Part shown: positions 8,792 to 17,563 of the stretch, one piece after another
How positions within the stretch are numbered: the first letter of the stretch is position 1
Layout of the letters: each line of letters starts with the position of its first letter
DNA from: Aliivibrio fischeri ES114
Lineage (GTDB): Bacteria > Pseudomonadota > Gammaproteobacteria > Enterobacterales > Vibrionaceae
Direction: 5' to 3' (one strand)
Length of the DNA: 32,000 nt
NCBI RefSeq assembly: GCF_000011805.1
Contig: NC_006841.2
Made by a program: the position numbers and the translations under genes
The notes under the pieces: generated by a model
Database searches by the model: none
Seen by the model: the letters and a program-made list of their open reading frames with translations, nothing else
What the model was told of the DNA's origin: nothing

Positions 8792-9994
8792 TTATTTAGG
8801 GATATCTTCACACACTACTAATGCTAATGAAGCAGGATCTTGTCCAACAACTTTAAATTCGCCGCCACCAGTACTATCACTTGGCGTGTTGTAGATATAA
8901 CCTACTGCATTATAGTAATTAAAGTAACTACCCGGTTCTGTTGCATCTTTTTCTGAACTCCACAACATACGAACATCGTATGGCCAGTGTTCAGTTTTAC
9001 CTCCTGCTGTTTCAACCGTTAAGTAACTAGAAAATGCAGTTGGATTTGATACTAATCTTAAACCACGGTTAGTACACTCTTGTGCAGCAATATCTTGAGG
9101 TAATGCAGCAAAGCCATATACATCATCGCCTGTCATTTCATCTGTTGCTACACCGTTTCCATCAGTACGAACAATAAATTCTGATTCTGTAGCTTCATCA
9201 CCTTCATCATAATCGGTTTCAATTGACAACATTGGACGATAATAGTTATCAGCAACATTACCACCAGGGAAGTTTTCTTGTATTGTGAAGTTATCACCAC
9301 CAATACCAGAACCACCGCCTGCTTCAGAAGATAAGGTAACAGAGATCGATACCGTAAGTGGCATTCCTGCTTCTACTGGAACTTCAGCTGTATCTGGATC
9401 TTCATCGTTATCAAAAGTTTCAGGCACTAAAAATTGTTTATTTGATGGGCTAGTTACTGTTTTTACTAACGCCCCATCAATTCGCCATTGATAAGTGGCA
9501 GCAGTAATTTCACTTTCATCAATCGGAGTTGTTTCCCCCTTATTATAAACACTATAAGAAAGATTCACGACTTCTGTTGCTGCAATGAATTTTCCAACCA
9601 ATACGTCAGAAACTTCTTTTTCATTGATACGTGGTGCAAAGGCATCCAATGTTTGAACGCTGTTTAATGACATTTCATTAGAACATTGAATAGAAGATGT
9701 AAGATCGTCTTGATTAATATATGAAATACATGCTGTTAGATTTTGGCTATTACCTAAAATATCAGGAGTAACAATCAATTTCTTACCAAGACCAACAATT
9801 GTGCCTTTTTCATCCTTCCATACAAATTTTGGATTTTTAATCTCATCTTTATTTAGATCAGATTTAACAACCAAAATACTATTTTCACGTATACCTTCAT
9901 CGTTATGATCAATATATACATTTGCAGATGCTGTACCAACAACACCAACAGTTAATAAAGATACCATTGCCAACTGGTTTAATTTAAAATACAT
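8792..9994 (-). CDS. Secreted Ig-like domain protein with a C-terminal Lcl-like domain
   Basis: Signal peptide MYFKLNQLAMVSLLTVGVVGTASA; Ig-like 'TYQWRIDGALVKTVTSPSNKQFLVPETF'; C-terminus 'CTNRGLRLVSNPTAFSSY...WPYDVRMLWSSEKDA..YFNYYNAVGYIY...VVCED'. Confidence 0.72.
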   Translation of the reverse strand: MYFKLNQLAMVSLLTVGVVGTASANVYIDHNDEGIRENSILVVKSDLNKDEIKNPKFVWKDEKGTIVGLGKKLIVTPDILGNSQNLTACISYINQDDLTSSIQCSNEMSLNSVQTLDAFAPRINEKEVSDVLVGKFIAATEVVNLSYSVYNKGETTPIDESEITAATYQWRIDGALVKTVTSPSNKQFLVPETFDNDEDPDTAEVPVEAGMPLTVSISVTLSSEAGGGSGIGGDNFTIQENFPGGNVADNYYRPMLSIETDYDEGDEATESEFIVRTDGNGVATDEMTGDDVYGFAALPQDIAAQECTNRGLRLVSNPTAFSSYLTVETAGGKTEHWPYDVRMLWSSEKDATEPGSYFNYYNAVGYIYNTPSDSTGGGEFKVVGQDPASLALVVCEDIPK

Positions 9995-10133
9995 ATTTAT
10001 ACTCCAACCACTATACGTGGCTATTATTTATAATTTAGATAAAGTTATTTAATCCTTATCTATTTAAAGTACTGCGTTCAATAATTTAAACACAGTGTTA
10101 TATAATCAAATGAAAACTCATTTAATTATAAAA

Positions 10134-12011
10134 TCATTGCCCGACACATAATGGATTAATAAATTCACTATATGGGTAAAAAAATGAAACTTCTCTTTCT
10201 TCTTCAAAAATGACGTCCGAAAGAACAAAACTAAAATCACCTATATAAGAAGAGGTAAAACTCGCATTAGACGCATGGTGATTATTAACAGCCGTTATCC
10301 AACCTGTTGTAAATGAGTAATACGGAACAATATCAGGGTCTTTATACGTTCCAGATTCAGCTCTCTTCATACCTAAAACTGAACGATTCAATGCAGCAAG
10401 ACTATATTTAGATGACGCTAGCTCTAACATTCCTTCTTGATCTAAAGAATCAACTTCAGAACCTTCACTTAAAACATCGAGTCCTGGAACGGCCAAATAC
10501 CAATGTTTAGTATCACTATTAAGCAAGTTACATGATTGAGCTTCTGTACTGTGCTCATACACTGACCATTTATAACCAAACACGGCTAAAGGATTATCAT
10601 TCGAAGGAGCAGGAAACTCACCTTCACTAAATTTCAGTTTTTGCGCATTTTTTGCTTCTGTTATTGTTAATGGCCTATGGTAATAAGAGTCATCTCTTGT
10701 ACCACCCAAAGAATCTAAATAACGTCCTTCTGCCGACCCAGGGATCAAGATTTCACGTATCGGCTCTATACCTCGAGAGTAAAATAATGGTTTATCTGGT
10801 GTTTCGGGATAATATGCACCACCTGTGACGCACTCAGTATCATCTGTACATATCTCAGCGTCCCCTTTTGCCGAAAGAGGTGTCGCTTCTGAAGCATTAA
10901 CACAATATTCATACCCGAGTTCAGTACTATCAATACAAAAACTGATGTCTTTACCAATAAAATACGTAGCATCTTTAGGTAGAGGATCTCCATTTGCTTC
11001 AGCAACAAGCCAATCCCAATCATCAAGTTGCTTATCAAGACTCACTTGTTGATCTCTACTGCTCCCCATATCCATTAAGCCCGGAACTAATTCCACAGCT
11101 TTATCTCGAGTACCTATGGTGTAAGATAAGTTAGTACCTACACCACCTTCTCCTTCAGTAATCTCAACTCTGTCTTCTGCTTTATCGTTTGTCCAACCAT
11201 CTTGTGCGCTTAAATTGGCTTTCCATTTTGTATCACCAGTTAGTCCATATATTTTCGCGGTTAACGTGGCACCATATTCCAATGAGCCAGTAATTTTAGT
11301 GCCAATTCCTTTTGTTGAATCGCAGTTAAGTGGACCAACTTGAGTACCCTCCCCAATTGGGAGAACACAAGCTCGAATGGTTTTATCAATATAACGGCGG
11401 TTAATATCATACATACAATCCTTACCAGCACCGGATTCACATTGAGTAAACTCTGGCATATGATCATCGCCCAAAGTATGAGTAACAAAACCAAATATAC
11501 TTTTACCTTCGGGGATACCTGCACCATTATCATCATAGGTATAAGAAGCACTTATGGTATTTCCAGGTAGAGGAAAAACTGACGAATCTATCGTAACTTC
11601 AGCTGAAATATCTGATGAAAGCCCAATACTTAAATCTGTACAATATTCGTCACCAACTAATTCACCTGTTTTTGCTGATGGAGTAACACATCCAGATACC
11701 GTTACACCTAACAACGCACTTGCATCCGAAACAGGCAAGATATAATCATCAGCATCAGGAATCTCGACACCATCTTTTAACCAACGAAAAGTAAACTGTT
11801 CAACATCAGGCTCGTCTCCTTCTTCATCGTAATACGTTCCAGTCAGCTCCAACTGTTTATCTGCAATATTACCAATAATCTGTTCATCAAGAACTTGAGG
11901 GGCATGGTTTGATGTCGGATCCGTAGGCCGACTAGGCATAAGATCCGTATCCCCATTCTTACAACTAACTAAAGAGACCAAAGTAGTTAATACAATAATA
12001 GATTTATTCAT
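10134..12011 (-). CDS. Putative Ig-like domain lipoprotein
   Basis: MNKSIIVLTTLVSLVSC|KNG lipobox-like N-terminus (start at 12011, next to the upstream ompA-like stop at 12013); Ig-like 'FTFRWLKDGVEIPDADDYILPVSDASALLGVTVSGCVTP'. Caller start at 12047. Confidence 0.75.
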   Translation of the reverse strand: MNKSIIVLTTLVSLVSCKNGDTDLMPSRPTDPTSNHAPQVLDEQIIGNIADKQLELTGTYYDEEGDEPDVEQFTFRWLKDGVEIPDADDYILPVSDASALLGVTVSGCVTPSAKTGELVGDEYCTDLSIGLSSDISAEVTIDSSVFPLPGNTISASYTYDDNGAGIPEGKSIFGFVTHTLGDDHMPEFTQCESGAGKDCMYDINRRYIDKTIRACVLPIGEGTQVGPLNCDSTKGIGTKITGSLEYGATLTAKIYGLTGDTKWKANLSAQDGWTNDKAEDRVEITEGEGGVGTNLSYTIGTRDKAVELVPGLMDMGSSRDQQVSLDKQLDDWDWLVAEANGDPLPKDATYFIGKDISFCIDSTELGYEYCVNASEATPLSAKGDAEICTDDTECVTGGAYYPETPDKPLFYSRGIEPIREILIPGSAEGRYLDSLGGTRDDSYYHRPLTITEAKNAQKLKFSEGEFPAPSNDNPLAVFGYKWSVYEHSTEAQSCNLLNSDTKHWYLAVPGLDVLSEGSEVDSLDQEGMLELASSKYSLAALNRSVLGMKRAESGTYKDPDIVPYYSFTTGWITAVNNHHASNASFTSSYIGDFSFVLSDVIFEEEREVSFFYPYSEFINPLCVGQ

Positions 12012-12012
12012 A

Positions 12013-13053
12013 TTAAGACCCAACCCTACGATTAAACTGAATAACAACTCGACGATTCAGAGCCGATTCATTTCGCATAAGGTCTTCATTTACAAGCGGG
12101 TCTGCTGAGCCTTTAGAGTTAATGAGAATTCTTTCTTCATCCACACCAGCTTTAATCAGCATATCTGCAGCGTAAGTTGCTCTTCGTAAAGATTCGATAT
12201 CATTTGCTGAATCCGTTCCTTTTGCGTCGGTGTAACCTGTGATGCTTACTTTCCCTTGTCCCTGCTTAACGCTTAACGCCAGTTCATTCCATGAGTGCCA
12301 TTGCTTACTTTCAACAACAAAACGGCTTTCCCCAAATTCAAAATGAAGCGTAACTTGCTCTGGATAATAGGTTGCTTCAGGGACCAGCTTTACAATCGTT
12401 TCAGGCTTAAGTTCTGGCTCTGGTTTTGCTTTAAATTTATAAGTCAAACCAAGAGAGGTGAAGTAGAGGTCACTTTTACCAGTTTTAGCATTACCTATAC
12501 CGTCAATAATTGAGGTTCCAAATCGCAAGCTCCAATTTGGAGCAAGCGCATATTCAGCACCAATTTCCCAAATATCGTCTATGCTAGAATCGGATTCAAA
12601 CATGCCAAGATGCACATTATCGTTGCCCGAAACAGATAAATAGTTATAAGCGGCACCACCTTTCGCATACAAATCAAGATTATCGGTAACCGGTAGTGAT
12701 AACTTCACAGATAAGTCAACACCCGTAGCATTTGAATAATAACCATCACCAACCCCATAAAAAGTCTTAGGGCTTCCGTAATCATGCCAGCTACCTTCTA
12801 AGGCAAACCAAGAATTAAACTGATAACCACCATAAAGACCACCACCAGTGACATAATTTTTACACTCGATTGCATTTGATGAGCACGCACCTAAAAAGTG
12901 ACTAACGCCAACCTGCCCACCTAAATACACATGAGATTGTTCTTCTTTTGATTCAGAAGCTATAGTTCCATTAGAGATAATTAACATTATTGCCAATAGT
13001 AAGGCTTTTATTTTTATTATGTAATTATCGTTATAAATTTTATGTTTTATCAC
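12013..13053 (-). CDS. OmpA-family outer membrane protein (beta-barrel plus periplasmic OmpA-like domain)
   Basis: N-terminal signal, 'YLGGQVGVSHFLGA...GGGLYGGYQFNSWFALEGSWHDYG' barrel; C-terminal 'VTLHFEFGESRF...VSITGYTDAKGTDSANDIESLRRATYAADMLIKAGVDEERI...NRRVVIQF'. Confidence 0.9.
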   Translation of the reverse strand: MIKHKIYNDNYIIKIKALLLAIMLIISNGTIASESKEEQSHVYLGGQVGVSHFLGACSSNAIECKNYVTGGGLYGGYQFNSWFALEGSWHDYGSPKTFYGVGDGYYSNATGVDLSVKLSLPVTDNLDLYAKGGAAYNYLSVSGNDNVHLGMFESDSSIDDIWEIGAEYALAPNWSLRFGTSIIDGIGNAKTGKSDLYFTSLGLTYKFKAKPEPELKPETIVKLVPEATYYPEQVTLHFEFGESRFVVESKQWHSWNELALSVKQGQGKVSITGYTDAKGTDSANDIESLRRATYAADMLIKAGVDEERILINSKGSADPLVNEDLMRNESALNRRVVIQFNRRVGS

Positions 13054-13120
13054 TTTACTTTACCTTTATAACTAGCCAAATTTAAAACAAAGACAAGCTT
13101 CATTTTAATTTACATTCTAT

Positions 13121-13408
13121 TTATGTATTTATATAAGACTCAGATTGAGCAGATGATTGAAATCGACACTTATTTGCCATCTCTAATGATTTCAATATAC
13201 TCTTCATTCTTTCTTCACTTATTGATGATTTTTTTTCTTTAGGCTCTTTAATATCAAAGCTCTTCTTACTTACGAATTTATCGTCACTGTTTTTTATACG
13301 ATATTCAAAATAACTGGATAATATTAAGTCTAAAGAAATACTTTCATATCTCTCATAACAACGCTCTAAGCGTTTAATTGTTCTTCTCTCTACAGGATTC
13401 ATTTTCAT
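13121..13408 (-). CDS. Hypothetical 95-aa charged protein upstream of the ompA-like gene
   Basis: Lys/Glu/Arg-rich ORF 67 bp upstream of and co-directional with the ompA-like gene. Confidence 0.5.
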   Translation of the reverse strand: MKMNPVERRTIKRLERCYERYESISLDLILSSYFEYRIKNSDDKFVSKKSFDIKEPKEKKSSISEERMKSILKSLEMANKCRFQSSAQSESYINT

Positions 13409-13804
13409 CAGCCACGGGTTACCTAGTCAACATTTTTAATATTAATATTTTTTATATATAAGAGATTTCATTTTTATTTATATGAATATCTCCCCTCCAA
13501 AAAAAGATATTTCTTTTTAGAGTTTCTTCTTATTTAAATTAATATTTAATTCTATTTTACAAAGTAGGTAGAATGTAAGTTAAATAATAAGACTTGTTTT
13601 AGTAACGATGTTTGAAGGTGATATGAAAATGGATTAAAATGAACACATGTTGTAACAAAACGTAAATTGATATTTATAAGCTATTGATTTTAAAGTGGGT
13701 TCGACACTAGTTTACCGTCTACCTATTTGGTTAAATAGATGAAAAAATACACCATTTACAACAAACAACACCAATCAATAACAATAAATACATTTACCAA
13801 CCCA

Positions 13805-13830
13805 ATAAAAAGCGCCATTATTTTGGCATT
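13805..13830 (-). terminator. Weak Rho-independent terminator after the recombinase gene
   Basis: Minus strand TGCCAAAATAATGGCGCTTTTT: short GCCA/TGGC stem followed by TTTTT. Confidence 0.4.
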
Positions 13831-13848
13831 GAGTCACAGAAATAAAAC

Positions 13849-14652
13849 TTAGCTCGATAAATAGGTAATAAGTGTCTTTTGAGCCAATTTAATATCATCG
13901 TCTGATACACCTATATACCTTAAGCTGACACTTTCTGATTTATGCCCTATGGTGGTCATGACAAGACTAATGTCCTTACCTGTTGCGAAATATAAATGCC
14001 TCGCAAAACTCTTCCTTAATGTATGACACCCTACTTTAGCTGTACTCCCTATTTTCTCTAACACCTGAGTAAGCTTAGAAAACACAGTCCAGCAAGCCTG
14101 ACGAGTTAATAAACCATCCACCCCTTTAGCTCTATTACTCAGTAATGTTTTACGACTAAAAACAGAATCGCTGTTAATGTGTCTAAACTTCTCCTTTCTT
14201 TGCTTAAGCATAAAAACCATTTTTTTACTGAATAAGAAGGAGCGAGTTACGGGTGGTGTCGCTTTTTTAGCTGCAGAAACCCTTTCATTCACCATTAATA
14301 TCCACTCTTTAGGAAGCAGTTTTTCAATTTGATAAAATGGGGTTATGTACGTTGCCGTCAATTTTTTAACGTTATGTTGGTAATGAAGAATAAGTTCCTC
14401 TTTAACTTGTTTAAGTACCCGATGTTTGGCTCTTGCTTTACGTGCTAATGTACCTTTACTTTCAATAACTTCACAATGACCGCTTCTAAAATCAATATCA
14501 GAATATTTTAATCTTAATATATCGCTGATCCGTAATCCTGTCTCAAGTCCAATATTCCAAATTAATGAAAATGCAGGATCATGATTCTTCTGTAAATATT
14601 TTGCCGCATACTTTAAATGCTCTTTGTTTTTTATTGGTTCTACATAAGCCAT
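13849..14652 (-). CDS. Tyrosine recombinase/integrase family protein lacking a full N-terminal core-binding domain
   Basis: 267 aa; catalytic residues in context: 'GLETGLRISDILRL' (Arg), 'CHTLRKSFARHLY' (HxxR), 'IGHKSESVSLRYIG' (GH and Tyr nucleophile). The catalytic domain starts almost at the N-terminus. Confidence 0.88.
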   Translation of the reverse strand: MAYVEPIKNKEHLKYAAKYLQKNHDPAFSLIWNIGLETGLRISDILRLKYSDIDFRSGHCEVIESKGTLARKARAKHRVLKQVKEELILHYQHNVKKLTATYITPFYQIEKLLPKEWILMVNERVSAAKKATPPVTRSFLFSKKMVFMLKQRKEKFRHINSDSVFSRKTLLSNRAKGVDGLLTRQACWTVFSKLTQVLEKIGSTAKVGCHTLRKSFARHLYFATGKDISLVMTTIGHKSESVSLRYIGVSDDDIKLAQKTLITYLSS

Positions 14653-14917
14653 TACTTTGCTCCTCTATTTATGGCTGTAAGTTGGTTATATTAACTGATA
14701 ATTTTATAAGCTAACATACCCAAGAAGTTAATAACAATAATATCAGTATAGTTCTATATCATTGAGTAATCTTAAAAAGATTAACTATAATTTTCGATAT
14801 CAACTTAGGTTAAATTAAGGTTTTGCCTGAAATAAAGCAGTTTTAAATTTCGCTACATTGTCATTCAAAAAGCACTAGGTAGTATTGTTTATATTCTATA
14901 GCGTCTTATAAAAACTC

Positions 14918-15928
14918 ATGAAAAAAAGCAGACATTTCAGTATTACCTTCACCTTATTTTTTATCTCAAGTTTAATTGGATATTTGATCTACTTTGCCTG
15001 GCAATATTCTAATAATCACCCGAGTACCGAGAATGCTTACGTCCGCGCCAAAATAGTTTCCATTGCGCCTCAAATAAAAGGACGAATTATCTCAGTTGAG
15101 GTGAATGACTACCAAAAGGTGAATAAAGGCGATCTGCTACTTAAGATAGATCCTCAACCGTATCTGCTAGCAGTAAAAAGAGCAGAGTCAGCATATCAAC
15201 TCGCAGTGCAACAACATCAAGTCGCAGACAGCAAAGTTACACAAGCTATTGCCAACTTAAATGGTGTGACTTCTAACCTTAAAGAAACACAAATTGAATT
15301 CAAAAGAACTCAAGCCTTAGTTAGTCGCAAATTAAGCTCACAACAAGAGCTAGACATAATCAAAAACAAATTAGCCATTGCACAGGCAAAACTAGAGGAA
15401 GCAAGAGCCAACGTAGAAGCCGCAATAGCAAACAGAGGGGACGATAATGGCGTTGATGCCGCCATAGTACAACAAGCATCTGCAGAGCTTGCTCAAGCTG
15501 AACTAGACCTAAGTTACACCGATATCACAGCTCCAACCGACGGTTTACTTGGAGAAATAAATGTTTTTGTTGGTTCTGTTGTTAAAAACAGTCAAATGCT
15601 GTTTCCTTTAGTGGTTAAAAACACTTACTGGGTTAGAGCTAACTTTAAAGAAACCTCATTAACCAACATTAGAATGGGGCAAACAGCAGAAGTCGTTATC
15701 GATATGTACCCAGATATCACCTGGCAAGCCAAAGTAAGCGAACTTTCTCCCGCCAGTGGTACTTCGTTTTCTCTCATGCCACCAGAAAACGCAACTGGAA
15801 ACTGGGTAAAAATCAAACAACGATACCCTGTGAAGCTAATCTTAGATATTCCAAAAGATTCTCCTCAACTTCGCATTGGTGCAAGTGCAGAGGTCACAAT
15901 CAATTTGTCAGATGATTCAAGAACATGA
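14918..15928 (+). CDS. HlyD/EmrA family membrane fusion protein
   Basis: Single N-terminal TM; 'ENAYVRAKIVSIAPQIKGRIISVEVNDYQKVNKGDLLLKIDPQPY' biotinyl/lipoyl-like half; 'FVGSVVKNSQMLFPLV...YWVRANFKET'. Confidence 0.93.
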   Translation: MKKSRHFSITFTLFFISSLIGYLIYFAWQYSNNHPSTENAYVRAKIVSIAPQIKGRIISVEVNDYQKVNKGDLLLKIDPQPYLLAVKRAESAYQLAVQQHQVADSKVTQAIANLNGVTSNLKETQIEFKRTQALVSRKLSSQQELDIIKNKLAIAQAKLEEARANVEAAIANRGDDNGVDAAIVQQASAELAQAELDLSYTDITAPTDGLLGEINVFVGSVVKNSQMLFPLVVKNTYWVRANFKETSLTNIRMGQTAEVVIDMYPDITWQAKVSELSPASGTSFSLMPPENATGNWVKIKQRYPVKLILDIPKDSPQLRIGASAEVTINLSDDSRT

Positions 15929-17394
15929 GCAAAAATGGTGCAACGATCGCCGTCATGCTTGCTGTCTTGATGGTACAAATTGACATCACAGTTGCAAATG
16001 TTTCCTTACCTCACATCATGGGTTCTCTTGGTACAACCGTTGACAAGATCCCTTGGATATTAACCAGCTATAGCATGGCCGAAGCCATCTTTATCCCAAT
16101 AACAAGCTTTTGGGTCGCTCGGTTTGGTGAACGAAAAGTAATGTTAGTTGCTATCATAGGTTTTACTATCGCAAGTATGCTTTGTGGTACCGCACAAACC
16201 TTAGCCGAGCTAGTTATTTACCGAATTTTTCAAGGAATGTTTGGGGCTTCAATGTTGCCTTTAGCCCAATCGACCATTGCTCAACTTTATCCAGCTGGAC
16301 AAAGAGGACGTGGGATGGCCATTTTTTCTATTGGTATTCTTCTTGGCCCAATATTCGGACCTATTATCGGAGGGATTATTACTGATAACATCAACTGGCG
16401 ATGGATTTTTTACATCAACCTTCCTGTTGGCTTAATTAGTATTTACCTTATTTATAAACACATTCACCTTAACAATCGCTCTAAATCCAAGTTTGATTGG
16501 TGGCTTGTTAGCTATATGGCAATATTCATCAGCTCATTGCAATTTATTCTTGATAGAGGCAATGAGAAAGATTGGCTCGATTCAAGATTAATTCAAATTT
16601 TACTCGCCTTTACTATTATTGGCGGAATAATGTGGATATACAGAAGTTTAAAAACCAAAGGTTCTATTGCTCCACTATGGGTTTTAAAAGATAGGAATTT
16701 ATTAGCCTCATCTATTATCGGAGGATTAATATCAATGTGCACCTCAGGGCTAGGTGTTCAATTATCTATTTTATTAGAAGAAGTTCTTAATTATCCAGTA
16801 TTAGATACAGGGCTACTTATGACACCAAGAGGACTTGTTTCAGCATTCGTACTTGTTTTAGTCATTAAATTTAATCCGCAGTTCGATCCTCGTTTGAAAA
16901 TACTTTTTGGTTTACTGTGCCTTGGACTTGGAAATTACTTAATGACTAAGTACTCACTCAATATAGATACGTTTTGGATCGTATTTCCTGGCATGATACA
17001 AGGATTAGGGCTTGGGTTAGCCTTTTCCACATTATCCGTTGTTGCCTATTTGACCTTACCTACACAGCATTCCATTGCAGGTGCTAGTATTTATAACCTT
17101 TTCAGGATCTTAGGTAGTGCCTCAGGTATCTCAATAGTCACTACGCTGCAATATCGAGATTCACAGCAGCAATGGCACGGATTAACGGAAGGTTTTTCTC
17201 CTTATAATCCTGATTTGCAAAAGTGGCTACAATTAAACGATTTGTCGATTACTGATCCAGAGTCAATTCTACGCTATGAAAATATGATTTATGAACAAAG
17301 TCAGATCGTCGTATTTACGCATATGTACCAATGGATCGGTATGAGTGTCATTTTCCTTATTCCATTACTCTTATTAATCAAAGTAAAAAAATAA
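15925..17394 (+). CDS. EmrB-like DHA2 family MFS multidrug efflux permease
   Basis: 489 aa, polytopic; 'VANVSLPHIMGSLGTTVDKIPWILTSY', 'FQGMFGASMLPLAQSTI', 'GIFSIGILLGPIFGPIIGGIITDNINWRWIFYINLPVG'; start overlaps the MFP stop. Confidence 0.94.
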   Translation: MSKNGATIAVMLAVLMVQIDITVANVSLPHIMGSLGTTVDKIPWILTSYSMAEAIFIPITSFWVARFGERKVMLVAIIGFTIASMLCGTAQTLAELVIYRIFQGMFGASMLPLAQSTIAQLYPAGQRGRGMAIFSIGILLGPIFGPIIGGIITDNINWRWIFYINLPVGLISIYLIYKHIHLNNRSKSKFDWWLVSYMAIFISSLQFILDRGNEKDWLDSRLIQILLAFTIIGGIMWIYRSLKTKGSIAPLWVLKDRNLLASSIIGGLISMCTSGLGVQLSILLEEVLNYPVLDTGLLMTPRGLVSAFVLVLVIKFNPQFDPRLKILFGLLCLGLGNYLMTKYSLNIDTFWIVFPGMIQGLGLGLAFSTLSVVAYLTLPTQHSIAGASIYNLFRILGSASGISIVTTLQYRDSQQQWHGLTEGFSPYNPDLQKWLQLNDLSITDPESILRYENMIYEQSQIVVFTHMYQWIGMSVIFLIPLLLLIKVKK

Positions 17395-17563
17395 GGCTTT
17401 GCTTAATTTAATAATAAATAAAAATCAATCTTTAATTTTCTTAAAAAATATAAAATGCGCATGTGAATGACAATCCAATAATAAATTAGTTGTTAGTATC
17501 TTCTCCGTTGATTGGCTAGAAACATCAACATGAAATTAACTAATTAAAATAAGGAAACATGTT

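Noticed and set aside
9285-12513. Overlapping plus- and minus-strand short ORFs (9285, 10766, 10825, 11261, 11340, 11554, 12295)
   Set aside because: All lie within longer ORFs that have signal peptides or clear domains; translations look like frame shadows.
14765-14784. AGTAATCTT-aaa-AAGATTAACT near-palindrome upstream of the EmrA-like gene
   Set aside because: Short, AT-rich and imperfect; could be an operator but not distinguishable from background without comparison.
13409-14917. Classical prophage or integron next to the tyrosine recombinase
   Set aside because: No phage structural, replication or excisionase genes, no tRNA end, and no attC-like arrays noticed. The recombinase also lacks a full N-terminal core-binding domain.
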